DNA from: Perna viridis
Lineage: Eukaryota
NCBI GenBank assembly: GCA_037379345.1
Contig: CM074515.1
Coordinates: forward strand, 18,476,001-18,540,000
Reading direction: 5' to 3'
DNA: 64,000 bases
The translations under genes and the position numbers were made by a program. Shown here one piece after another: positions 13,301 through 26,001 of the stretch. The notes under the pieces were generated by a model that saw only the letters and a program-made list of their open reading frames with translations, did no database searches and was not told the DNA's origin. The stretch's first letter is position 1, and the number at the start of each line of letters is the position of its first letter.

Positions 13301-15699
13301 AAGCTCAAACAGTGGCCATTGGGGTACCAACAATCTACGTCCGAAAAAAAAACGCTGAATAAAATATTTCCATAGAAAACATCTGACTGATCATATATTC
13401 ACACTTTTAAGTTCAGCGTAATCCTCAAATTAATTATAAGTTGTAACCTTTTTCGCGAATCCACCTCAGTAATATATATATATATATATGAACTTCGAAA
13501 CATGCCTTAAGTTTTCTTTTTCCCTTATTCAGTATGATTCAATAATGTTTATATCTACATTTTAACTGTTTACAACTGAATTGGGTATATAACGCCACAA
13601 GTGCTCGTCAAATCAACAGAGACCATATAAAAAGTAGGGCATATAAGCAATAGCAAAATCACCACCGTAGAGCAACTAAAATGTTATATAATCTTAAGAT
13701 TCTGTATTTGAAGGACGTTTGAAAAAAAACTGAAACTCCGAACATTGAAAGTTCGTAGACTCGGAGGTGATGTGATAAGTGACCGAAATGGGGGAAACAC
13801 GTTTGCGCACGATTTACGGTTGCTCACATATGATGTTTGCGCAAAAAAATTGAATACGTTTGGGCACACTCATATTTTGGATTCTATACTACGTTTGCGC
13901 ACAGTGTAAAATATTAAGCTTTTCAAATAACACAAAAGGAAAGGATATGAAGAAATGAAACGAATATCACAACATATTGAAATGGACACAATAATTATAA
14001 TCACTACCTGATATTGGGCTAGCTATGTATTTGCATAATATATTTTCATAATTTATTTATGTCAGTGAGCGTAACCGTAGAATAATTTCTCAAGTAAATT
14101 TGCCGCAAGCGTGCCATCTTTTTTCACAAGTGTGCGCAAACGTAATTCACCCACCGAAATATACAACTCGAGAGTAACTAAAGGGCTGTTAACCCGAAAT
14201 AAGGGGTAAAACATAGAGATAGACTCGACATCAGGAAACACTTTTTCACATAGTATTGGAAGTATGGAACAGCCTTCCAGAAAATGCCACAGCACCGACT
14301 GTTTATACTCGAATGTCGTGCAGACAGACATTGGAGAGAACACTCCGTGATCTGTCTTGAAGTAACGATCGATTACAATTATACCGGAAGTAGCAAAAGT
14401 AATTATGACAGCAGTGAAGATGATGAGCTGAATATAGAGACGAAGACAGACCTCCTGCGTTCAGAAGCACTTAAGATGGACTAAGTTGCGAAATCCTTCT
14501 CTGATCTTCAGCGTATCGCGTTCAATATGAAATATCCACGAATAGAAATTTTCAGATCGAGAAAAAAGAATATATTAATTTCACATGAATTATTTCGGAA
14601 TCAAATTGATCAAAATGATCAGACCTTACATTTATGTAAAAAGATCATATGACTCGCTCGCGCATCACATTACAATTAAAAATGTATCCTATAAAGCATA
14701 AATCCCAAATACCAGCTCAATTTTACCTTTACAGTGGACTGTTTCTGGAAATATAAAGAATGTGACCTTTCATACATATGGTACATTGCATTCATTGTTT
14801 ATAACCCTATTACTTTAAAACGAATCCCATTAATCTGTATTGAGCAAATCGCTTCACATGTATCTTCCAAGTTCGTGCTTCGTTTACCTAAATGCTAATG
14901 TAATTTATGTTTTAAGTACATAAATCACATTAAGTAATTTAAGAGCTCTCAAAAACTAATACTTAAATGTTTTATGTTTATACCTAACCAACACTAATTA
15001 AACTTATTTACTTCATTACCTACAAAATGTAATTCTCACGAACATCCACTTACACTGAAGACTGACAATGTTGAGAAAAAAAATTCCTTCCAATATTTAT
15101 AACACACCATGTGCCATTACATAATTTTGTCACCGAAAGCAAATGCATAACCATAAAACAAATCCCTTTCTCTAATTGGTCATTAGCCTAATTACTCTTC
15201 GAAAGAGAAAATTAAGTGAACATCCCATTACATCTACCCTGTTTTACGATATAATTAATCATTAGTTGTAAGTGTTATATGATTGCTAGATACTGCAACA
15301 CTAATTCAAACCAGGAAAAAACTAGACTAAATCATTTTTGGATGACAATTAATCTCACGCAAAAATATATCATAGCTTCTGTTTATTCGTCTGAATTTTC
15401 TATGACACAAAGTACAATGTTGCCGGAGTGGGTTTAATTTCCCTCAACTACGAGTTCTCATTTGACATTACCTACCATATTCTTAATACCAACAAAATAT
15501 TAAGTGCAGAATATTAACCAGACAGAAGCTTATGATAACTGATTTATGCATTTCTTAACCCCAAATATTTTCTGAAATATTTCTGTAGGCCTAATAGAAA
15601 CTGTATTCAAAAATAAAAGTGCAAATGAAAGTTTCCCACACAGAATTTTTACTTTTAACTGATATATAACAGATCCAAGGAAATGAACATAGGAAGAGT

Positions 15700-18600
15700 T
15701 ATTTTTATGATGAAATACATATATTTGAACGATTTCATTGATATATCATGAGAGATGGTGATCACCTATAACGCTGTAAGTAGGAAAAATTGCCTCAACC
15801 ACATTTTTAGAGAGTTTGCATTTTCAGTGGAAGTCTTTTCTCTTTTTGATATTCGCATTTTTATCATTGTATACATCTTTAGCCAGTTATTTTGTTTTGT
15901 TTGTTAAATAAATTGGCTACACAACTCCGTATGTTGTTTAAATTTCAACATTTTCTCTAAACAGACAAGGGCTTATAATTCAAAGAAAACCGACGAATGA
16001 AGCCAGACATTTATTGTAGAAAAAACACTACCAAATTTTAAAATCTACTTCGCAGATAGAATCGATATAAGGTTGCAAGCAAATTTTTCTCATTCGTATC
16101 CTATCTTACAGATAAAAAGAGGGACTCAGCAGGTGTTTCTATCAGACGAAGCCTACGTTACAATTGTTTCTATCAGTTGAAGCCTACGTTACAACTGTTT
16201 CTATCAGACGAAGCCTACGTTACAACTGTTTCTATCAGACGAAGTGTACAGCCTACGTTTCTATTAGACGTACCACTGTTTCTATCAGACGAAGTCTACA
16301 TTACAATTGTTTCTATCAGTTGCAGCCTATATTACAGTTTACAGTTGTTTCTATCATATGAAGCCTACGTTACAGGTGTTTCTCTCAGATGACGCCTACG
16401 TCACAAGTGTTTCTATCAGACGAAGCCTACGTTACAACTGTTTCTATCATATAACGCGTACGTTACAACTGTTTCTATCAGAGGAAGCCTACGTTACAAT
16501 TGTATCTATCAGACGAAGCCTACGTTACAACTGTTTCTATCAGACAAAGTCTACGTTACAACTGTTTCTTTCGAATGAAGCCTATGTTACAGATGTTTCT
16601 ATCTGATGAAGCCTACGTTAACGATTTTTCTATCAAACGAAGCCTACATAACAGGTCTTTCTATCAGATAAAGCCTACATTACATGTCTTTCTATCAGAC
16701 GAAGCCTACATTACATGTCTTTCTATCAGACGAAACCTACGTTACAGGAGTTTCTATCATATGAAGCCTACGTTACAGGTGTTTCTCTCAGACAAAGCCT
16801 ACGTTACAACTGTTTCTATCAGATAAAGCGTACGTTACAACTGTTTCTATCAGAGGAAGCCTACGCTACAATTGTGTCTATCAGACGAAGCCTACGTTAC
16901 AACTGTTTCTATCAGACGAACCCTACGTTACAACTATTTCTTTCAAATGAAGCCTATGTTACAGATGTTTCTATCTGATGAAGCCTACGTTAAAGATTTT
17001 TCTATCAGACGAAGTCTACGTAACATGTCTTTCTATCAGACGAAGCCTACGTTATAGGTGTTTCTATCAGATAAAGCCTACATTACATGTCTTTCTATCA
17101 GACGAAGCCTACGTTACAGGTGTTTCTATCATATGAAGCCAACGTTGCAGGTGTTTCTATCAGACGAAGCCTACGTTACAACTGTTTCTATCAGATAAAA
17201 CGTACGTTACAATTGTTTCTATCAGACGAAGCCTACGTTACAAAAGTTTCTATAAAAAAAGTCTATGTTACAACTGTTTCTATCAGAGGAAGCCTACGCT
17301 ACAATTATTTCTATCAGTCGAAGCCTACGTTACAACTGTTTCTATCAGACGAAATCTACGTTACAACTGTTTCTTTCAGACGAACCCTACGTTACAGACG
17401 AACCCTACGTTACAACTTTTCTTTCAAATGAAGCATATGTTAAAGATGTTTCTATCTGATGAAGCTTACGTTAAGGATTTTTCTATCAGACGAAGCCTAC
17501 GTTACAACTGTTTCTATCAGTCAAAGCCTACGTTACAACTGTTTCTATCAGACGAAGTCTACGTTACAACTGTTTCTATCAGACGAAGCCTACGTTACAA
17601 CTGTTTCTATCAGATCAAGCGTACGTTATAACTGCTTCTATCAGACGAAGCCTACGTTACAACTGTGTCTATCAGACGAAGCCTACGTTACAATTGTTTC
17701 TATCAGACGAAGCCTACGTTACAACTGTTTCTATCAGGCGAACCATACGTCACAACTGTTTCTATCAGACGAACCCTACGTTACAGACGAAGTCTACGTT
17801 ACAACTGTTTCTATCAGAAGAAGCCTACGTTACAACTGTTTCTATCAGACGAAGTCTACGTTACAACTGTTTTTATCAGACGAAGCCTACGTTACAACTG
17901 TTTCTATCAGATCAAGCGTACGTTATAACTGCTTCTATCAGACGAAGCCTACGTTACAACTGTGTCTATCAGACGAAGCCTACGTTACAATTGTTTCTAT
18001 CAGACGAAGCCTACGTTACAACTGTTTCTATCAGGCGAACCATACGTCACAACGGTTTCTATCAGACGAACCCTACGTTACAGACGAAATCTACGTTACA
18101 ACTGTTTCTATCAGAAGAAGCCTACGTTACAACTGTTTCTATCAGACGAGGTCTACGTTACAACTTTCTATCAGACGAAGCCTACGTTACAACTGTTTCC
18201 ATCAGGCAAAGTCTACGTTACAACTGTTTCTTTCAAATTAAGCCTACGTTACAGATGTTTCTATCAGAGAAAGCCTACGTCAAAGATTTTTCTATCAGAC
18301 AAAGCCTACGTACCAGGTCTTTCTATCAGATGAAGCCTACGTTACAGGTGTTTCTATCAGACGGAGCCAATGTCACAACTGTTTCCATCAGACGAGGTCT
18401 ACGTTACAACTGTTTCTTTCAAAGATTTTTCTATCGGACAAAGCCTACGTACCAGGTTTTTCTATCAGATGAAGCCTACGTGACAGGTGTTTCTATCAGA
18501 TAAAACCTACATGAAATATTTTTCTTTCAGACGAAGCCTACGTAACAGGTCTTTCTATCAGATGAAACCTACGTTACAGGTGTTTCTATCAGATAAGGCC

Positions 18601-20592
18601 TACGTTACAGGTCTTTCTATCAGACGAAGTCTACGTTTTAGGTGTTTCTATCACACGGAGCCTACGTCACAGGTGTTTCTATCAGATGAAACCTACGTTA
18701 CAGGTTATTCTATCAGATGACGCCTACGTCACAGGTGCTTCTATCAGACAAAGCCTACGTTACAGATGTTTCTATCAGACGAAGTCTACGTTACAACTAT
18801 TTCTATCAGACGAAGTCTACGTTACAGGTGTTTTTATCTGACGAAGCCTATGTTACAGGTGTTTCTATCAGATAAAGCCTACGTTACAGGTCTTTCTATC
18901 AGTTAAAGCCTACGTCACAGGTGTTTCTATCAGACAAAGCCTACGTTACAGATGTTTCTATCAGACGAAGTCTACGTTACAACTATTTCTATCAGACGAA
19001 GTCTACGTTACAGGTGTTTTTATCTGACAAAGCCTATGTTACAGGTGTTTCTATCAGATAAAGCCTACGTTACAGGTCTTTCTATCAGACGGAGCCTACG
19101 TCACAGGTGTTTCTATCAGATGAAACTTATGTTACAGGTGATTCTATCAGATGAAGCCTACGATACAGGTGTTTCTACCAGATGGCGCCTACGTCACAGG
19201 TGTTTCTATCAGACGAAGCTTACGTTACAACTGTTTCTATCAGATAAAACGTACGTTACAACTGTTTCTATCAGAGGAAGCCTACGTTACAATTGTTTCT
19301 ATCAGAGGCAGCCCACGTTACAATTGTTTCTATCAGACGAATCCTACGTTACAACTGTTTCTATCAGACGAACCCTACGTTACAACTGTTTCTATCAGAC
19401 GAAGCCTATGTTACAACTGTTTCTATCAGACGAAGCTTACGTTACAACTGTTTCTATCAGACGAAACCTACGTTACAACTGTTTCTATCAGACGAAGTCT
19501 ACATTACAACTGTTTCTATCAGACGAACCCTACGTTACAGACGAACCCTTTCTTTCAAATGAAGCCTACGTTACAGATGTTTCTATCTGATGAAGCCTAC
19601 GTTAAAGATTTTTCTATTAGACGAAGCCTACGTTACAACTGTTTCTATCAGATCAAACGTACATTATAGCTGTTTCTATCAGACGAAGCCCACGTTACAA
19701 CTGTTTCTTTCAGACGAACCCTACGTTACAGACGAAGCTTACGTTACAACTATTTCTATCAGACGAAGTCTACGTTACAGGTGTTTCTATCTGACGAAGC
19801 CTACCTTACAGGTGTTTCTATCAGATGAAGCCTACGTTACAGGTGATTCTGTCAGTTGAAGCCTACGTTTTCAGGTGTTTCATTGGCCATTAAGGTTCAA
19901 ATGCAGGTTGTTAGGTCACCTTTGTAGTATTTCTAATATATTAAATTCAATTCAATCTTTGTTATTTATGCCAATAAACAAACTCAATAAACAACTTTTA
20001 CTGCGAACTAAATATGCTTACATGTATCAATTTGGTTTGCATTAACAACAATCCAATTATAATAGTTCACCTCAAACCTCTTATCAGTGCCTATTTTTTA
20101 TAATAAAAATTAAAACGTAGACGATGACAGCGGAATTTCGATAATGCAGATAATGTAGATTTTTTTGATCTCGTATTATTGCTTTTGCAATAATAATTCT
20201 ATTTGGCTATTTTGGCCATGTGTATCTTATGAAAATTGAGCTGTAGTGTATGGGTAATGTTGAAATTATATTCTAAGACTTTATCGCTTGCAGGTATGTT
20301 TAAGTACGTGTCTTTGGAACTGTGCGTCCAGAAATTAAGCGCCATTACATGAAATATAGGTGTCTTTGGAATAACTTGTAGCACTTGTAGCTAGTTGATA
20401 GGATCATGTATCTAAGGAATAATTGTGGCTTAACTTTGAATGTTAACTGACTGTTTCCACCTGAAGGTCGATAAATTTATTTCGACCTGAAAATTAAAAA
20501 AAAAAAAACTGAGAATGGCCAAGTAGTAGTTGTAGTTCAATTATGCACTATGTCGGAGAGTTCTGTGTTCATTCATCAAGGTGCTCCATGTT
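15700..20592 (-). mobile_element. highly decayed Penelope-like RT element interrupted by the 31-bp satellite
   Basis: 19888-20592 is a diverged copy of 52238-52945, which adjoins recognisable Penelope RT motifs. The left flank of the array also shares short motifs with 52140-52210. Confidence 0.5.
16130..19881 (+). repeat. 31-bp tandem satellite (~120 copies), consensus GTTTCTATCAGACGAAGCCTACGTTACAACT
   Basis: Read directly; three units give the recurring 31-aa ORF string LQLFLSDEAYVTTVSIRRSLRYNCFYQTKPT. Confidence 0.98.
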
Positions 20593-20690
20593 AATTATGG
20601 CAGTATTCAACGGACAGAGTGACATGATTGTCAATTTCAATAATCAAAGTATTTACGAGCTACTTATAATTATATTCTTTTAAAATAGTT

Positions 20691-20852
20691 TGTAACGGGA
20701 GAGCATGACTTGACTCCCAAAATTATACTCCGCCAACGAGGATCGAACCCTAGACCGCTTGGTGACGAGCCAGCGACAAACAGATTCGGCTAAAGAATTA
20801 GTTCTTAAGCTAAGTCAATTAACTGGCTATTTAAATCTCACTACTTACTACA
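20691..20852 (-). mobile_element. tRNA-like (Pol III A/B-box) element bounded by TGTA...TACA
   Basis: Minus strand: TAGCCGAATCTG (A-box-like) ... GTCAC ... GGGTTCGATCCTCG..GGCGGAG (B box, tRNA-Asp/Glu-like 3' half); TG..CA termini. Confidence 0.55.
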
Positions 20853-22110
20853 ACGCAGGTATGCCGTCCTGCCATAAGTTGTTTTGAACAAACAATGTCG
20901 TAAATGAATGAAATAAAACATAATAAAGTTTTAAGCCTCTAAACGGCTCTATCTTTCGTGGAAGCGATGGTAGCCATGTTGTTTACGATTTGTACATGGA
21001 ATTTACACTGTTGTAAAAACTCATCGCTGAGGTCGTAAAAGATGAACAGCCAATCATAATGCACGAAAAAAGGCATATGCAAATTAGAGTGGAATTATTA
21101 ACTTATAATACCACGTTTTTAAAAAAAATCTTCACAGTATACTTACATGTCGATTACTCATTTTATTGCCGAAACAATACCGGTCACGAAGAAAAAACAG
21201 GTACATATTTTAATTAAATTCAAACTCTTTATAGACAAAAAAAAAATGCAAGTTTATAGGCCGAGAGAAATCTTACTCGTCGACAGGTTAAAATCCAACA
21301 ACAAATTGATACATGTAGATGATGAAATAATTATATACTATGTTGAATAATTCGGTTGACAACATGCATGTATTTGGCATTTAGAGTTTCAAATGACATT
21401 AGGCATTCTGATTAGCAAAAAAGTGTACACCTTTTTTAACACCCTCATCCGACAGGCTTTATCTAAAGCTTACTCAGTAGGAATGTAAGTTGATAAATCC
21501 TTCAATCTTTACTTCCGCTATACAGATTAGAAGTTTTAGGCATACTATAAAACGATTTATGAGAATTTTATCCGATAACGATTCCTGATATAGACAGATC
21601 AGATCAATGACATATCTAGAATGAACATTTGAGGTATAAACTGTGCATGTTCTAAATTTGTTATTAGCATATTTTTTTAATTTTTTACTCCGATACAAGG
21701 GAAAATTGATGCATTCATGCGTCAGAGATTAAACAATAAATCGACATATATGAATATAAAGAAAAGTTAAACATCCAGAAATAGAAATTGAAAAGTCTTC
21801 ATGACTCAATTAATTCCGCTAAATGAGAAAGAAACTTTCAAACCGGAAGTAATAAAACCGTGTTCTATATTCTGATCTTTGTTAACTTAAATCACAAAAG
21901 GGAATAATGTTACAGAACCCATTAATGTAAAAAAATAGTCCCGTTCTACGCTTAATATCGATTGGTGGGAATAAGGAAGAGAAAATATACTACAAAGAGA
22001 TCTGCACACGATAAGGCTACTAAAAAGGTAACAAGGAATAAGTACTAGACGATATTGATCAGTAATATTACAAACTAACGTATGAAGATTATATCGCCGA
22101 ACTATTAACA

Positions 22111-22352
22111 CTAAAACCAAATTTCACTCAGCATGCGATGTTCGAATGCTGAAACAGCCTTTCTTCTCTCACCACTTCCAAAATTCGTTTCAAATTTTTT
22201 AGTCATTATGTTGTTAAGTTCAGTTAGAACAGAAAACAGTTCGATTTGGGTTTCCCCACTCATTTTAGCATCGGATAATAGATTCTTCACAGCTTCACTT
22301 AGGGAATATAACATCCAACCTCCAACACCATCACGTCCGAACGATGCTTTCT
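22111..22352 (-). CDS. caspase last exon (p10)
   Basis: cag|...TAG, 242 nt, phase 1. EKASFGRDGVGGWMLYSLSEAV...ELFSVLTELNNIM...RKAVSAFEHRMLSEIWF* aligns to p10 G.W....L....LT.VN....K.......L...YF. Confidence 0.9.
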
Positions 22353-23359
22353 CTGAATATAACAAATAAAAAAACAACATAAAAATAAAACACGTAAATA
22401 AAATGAAAGTCACTTATAAGAAATGGAACAAATTTATGAAATATTTAATCTACACTCCAGAGTTATTTCTATTTTAGGATGCTAAATAACTGAAGGATTA
22501 AAAAAAATGTATATTCAGCCTATTGATAAACAAGTCACTGAGTAAATGTGAAAATGTCATCAATACAACGTCTGCAATTTCTACTATTTTCATTATACAT
22601 CGTCGTAAAAAATGCAAACCTGCTTTGGGCTATACATACCTATTCTCAATATACTGATCATGGATTTCAGATAAGTCACATGATTAGTGTACTAAATCCT
22701 TTTATTTGAGAAACTATTTGCTTATACATTACTTACAATACTCCAGATAAGAATCATGCAAAATGTGATTCATGGTTGGAAAGCCTAAATATTTTTATTT
22801 TTTATGTTTTGTTTAAAATGTTATAATAAACAGAAACTAACACGTGGCTTTTCATATAACCCTTGTTCTTAGGAGATAAAAAATATATAGAATGTACTAT
22901 AGAATTCAAAATTAAGAGAGATAACTCTGTAAATGACACTGGAATACAATAGAGACTGCTGGATTTTCGATGTAGATTTTCACCTAGGAGCAGACAGATT
23001 GGAATGAATAAGTATACATTTTATCATCTAGACATGTAATGTCAGCAGCTTAATAACAAAAATAAAAATATGTAGTCTTTTTCTGGGGCATATCACATAT
23101 TACAGGGTTTGCATGATCCTTAAAAAGGCTACTTGTTAATAAGAAACACAATGATATGTTTGTGTTTTCTGACATAGGAGAATGCTTATCTTCTAGTATA
23201 TAAAATACGATTATTTGTTAAACACGCACCATTTATTATTCGTTCCAAGTACTCAAAATCTTAATTTATAGAATGTTTTCTTAGAGATGCACGATACAAA
23301 GTTCTTTATGCTGAAGTATTCGTCCACTTAGTATATCATGAGATATACGCATTGTTTAC

Positions 23360-23633
23360 CTGAACTTGAGGAATAAACGACAAGACAGTCTTCTTTACAA
23401 GGGGGATCTAGGATTCGTATTATTTCTTTAGGTTTTTCTTGTTGCCTTTGAAACAGTTTTATTAAAAAATTGATTTCTTCTGTGTCGGCATGTTTCGAGT
23501 CGCCGTCAGATGGCTGGGCTGATGACGGTTTATATTCACATATTGGAAAAGTTTCTTTTTTGTTGTCCAGAATTATATCGAATCCATGTTCCATAGAGGT
23601 ATCCCTTGGTTTGTCAGGTCTTGATCGACACGC
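23360..23633 (-). CDS. caspase exon with catalytic Cys (Q|ACRS), linker and start of p10
   Basis: aag|GCG TGT CGA TCA...|gtaaac, 274 nt, phase 0/1. ACRSRPDK...PCKEDCLVVYSSSS. Confidence 0.92.
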
Positions 23634-23692
23634 CTTCAATATGTAATGATCAAAAAAGTATGATTATCTTAACTACTTTGCAACACACATTA

Positions 23693-25029
23693 TAGTGCTG
23701 CGGACAGGTATCAAAAAGTGCTTTAGTTTTCGAGTTTAATGGGCCTAGAGGGTATACGGCTATATTATATGTCAATGGAAAGATAAATCAATGCAGTTTT
23801 TGAATATCCTTCTTTTTAAACTTAAAAGTGGTAGAGTTTTCTGTTATTTTGCATTAACTAGAGGTGGGGTCGAAGATCAATTGACTCCAATACCCTTTGA
23901 TAAGTAATTTAAGTGAAATAATTTATTGTAGGTATTAGGAAACACGTAACATGTAAAGGTCACGTGTAGAATTTCAAAAAATGTAAAAAGGGCCCTATTT
24001 TGTCGAAAGTTGACTATTTAATCACAGAACAAAATTGCCCCTAAAAATGGTTGCATTTTAGAGCATTTTCTATGATTAAGAGATAAGAAGACACCGTAGA
24101 ATGTTGTAATGTATATCTAAATATTCTCTACTGAATAAAAATAAAATAAACACAACGTTCTCAATTCGATCTGCAACATGAGATAAAAGATTGACATATT
24201 TTTTTCTGTTATTCAATAATCGAGCGCTCAACAATGTTCGTTTTGAAGAAATTGGAATGAAGAATAGGATATCCATAGTCAAGACAAAACACCACAAATA
24301 CAAACAACCTCATGAGAATAACATATCCAAATTTAAAGAATCAACTAGCAAGCCAGGCTTGATAAAAAAAAAATTAAAAAAAATGGTGGTTTGGACCAGC
24401 GCTGTAGATTATAAGTCCAGCGCTGATGATTTGTTTAAAGTCCAGCGCTGGACTTTGAATCTACAGCGCTGGATTTTGAATCTACAGCGCTGGATTTTGA
24501 ATCTACGGCGCTGAAGTTTAAATCTACAGCGCTGGACTTTATAATCTACAGCGCTGGAGTTTGAATCTCCAGCGCTGGACTTTAAATCTTCAGCGCTGGA
24601 CATTGAATCTACAGCGCTGTACTTGTTAAATTACAATCTCTTATCTCTGTAAGACGAACAGGGCTCCGTAAAAATGCAACCAATTTTTTAGGGGAAATTT
24701 TGTTCTGTGATTAAATAGTCAACTTTTGACGGAAAAACTTTCTTTTCACATTTTTGAAATTCTATACATATGATCTTTACATGTTACTTGTTTTCGTTAT
24801 CTACAATAAATTATTTCACTTAAATTACTTATCAAAGTGTATTGGGGTCGATTGATCTTTGACCCCTCCTCTAATTAATGCAAAATAGCAGAAAACTCTA
24901 CCACTTTTCAGTTAAAAAAGAATGATATTGAAAAACTGCATTGATTTATGTTTCAATTGACATATGATACAGCCGTATACCCCCTAGGCCCATTAAAATT
25001 CGAAAAATCCTTAGCCGTCCGCAGCACTA
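23693..25029. mobile_element. long-TIR non-autonomous DNA transposon (Academ- or Harbinger-like) in caspase intron
   Basis: TTA|TAGTGCTGCGGAC ... GTCCGCAGCACTA|TTA; ~360-bp imperfect inverted arms (23693-24062 / 24669-25029); 3-bp TTA TSD. Confidence 0.85.
24397..24620. repeat. 21-bp minisatellite with palindromic CAGCGCTG core (~10 copies)
   Basis: CAGCGCTGGACTTTGAATCTA repeated; gives the LNLQRWI heptad in ORF 24191-24514. Confidence 0.93.
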
Positions 25030-25527
25030 TTAGGTTAGATTGATATACACGCAATTCAACATTTATAATTACATTTTGTGACCCTTTATTGTATGCGCTT
25101 TGATAAAAAAAAATAAAAGAAAATGACATGGAATAAGGATCCGGTGTCATAAAAATTGAAATATTCTTCAAATAGTATCTCTTATCTAAATGCAATCAGA
25201 TTGCTTGAAATGGAAGATTGCAAGAAAACTAAAGAATTTGTGGAAAATTTTTATTGAATTTATCTGAATTGCAAAGATGCATGTGTGCTCGTCATTATAA
25301 AAAGACAATGAGATGTTTGATATGGATACACATATTTACGAGTATAGGGATTGAAGCTTTTAGCTGAAGTTTACTATTGCCCAAATTGGATCCATGGTCG
25401 AGGTTCCTTGAACCTAGGGAACTTCGGTACTTCTGGTAGAAAAAATGGGACCATGGATAACAGGCTAAACTCGGCACTAAGGGAAGTATTTATTTTATGA
25501 TGACGAGATCATCGTTCTAACACAGAC

Positions 25528-25754
25528 CTGTATAAAAAACAACTTTGGTTTGTTTTTGAGTTCGTCCACCTCACTAATTTTCTCGATAACAGATTTCGTT
25601 GTTACTGTATCTTCATCCCTTCCATACAAGCAATGATCTCTTAGATATACTTTATCACGTGGTTTCGTCAATGGTCGTGGTTTTTCATTGCCATGACTTG
25701 CAATAACACATGCAAAACAGTCTGACTTCATATTGAAATCCTCCTGTCTTGAAA
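25528..25754 (-). CDS. caspase exon with catalytic His (SHG)
   Basis: tag|...|gtctgt, 227 nt, phase 1/0. VSRQEDFNMKSDCFACVIASHGNE...LYGRDE...LKNKPKLFFIQ. Confidence 0.93.
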
Positions 25755-26001
25755 CTAATATTGAATAAGAGATTGAAAGTGAGAAAGACAAACTTTCTTT
25801 TATTTCTAAACAATAATTTTAAGGAAGTCATATTTACTGTTAATTCAAATCTTGAAATATAAGACAAGTTTACACGTGATCGTAAAAAAAAACACTACGT
25901 GACATGGTTAAAAGAAACCTCCTAGCTAACTAAATGTGTACATTGTTTTTAATGTTTTCATTACAACTGAACTAAATGTTTTAACATTAATTTTGTATTA
26001 C

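Noticed and set aside
14284-14484. Acidic ORF (YDSSEDDE) as an exon
   Set aside because: No supporting splice partners or recognisable family; possibly a transposon remnant.
16164-19859. Long ORFs (up to 269 aa) as protein-coding genes
   Set aside because: They are read-throughs of a 31-bp satellite in all three frames, with no splice or domain evidence.
16130-19881. Hammerhead ribozyme/retrozyme array
   Set aside because: The minus strand has CTGATAGAAAC, but not the CUGANGA-stem II-GAAA arrangement. Plus-strand CTGATGA variants lack a downstream GAAA.
20725-20800. Functional tRNA gene
   Set aside because: The acceptor and D stems do not pair properly and the anticodon arm is bulged; treated as a tRNA-derived repeat.
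24191-24603. ORFs with LNLQRWI/RCRFK repeats
   Set aside because: Products of the 21-bp minisatellite inside a transposon.
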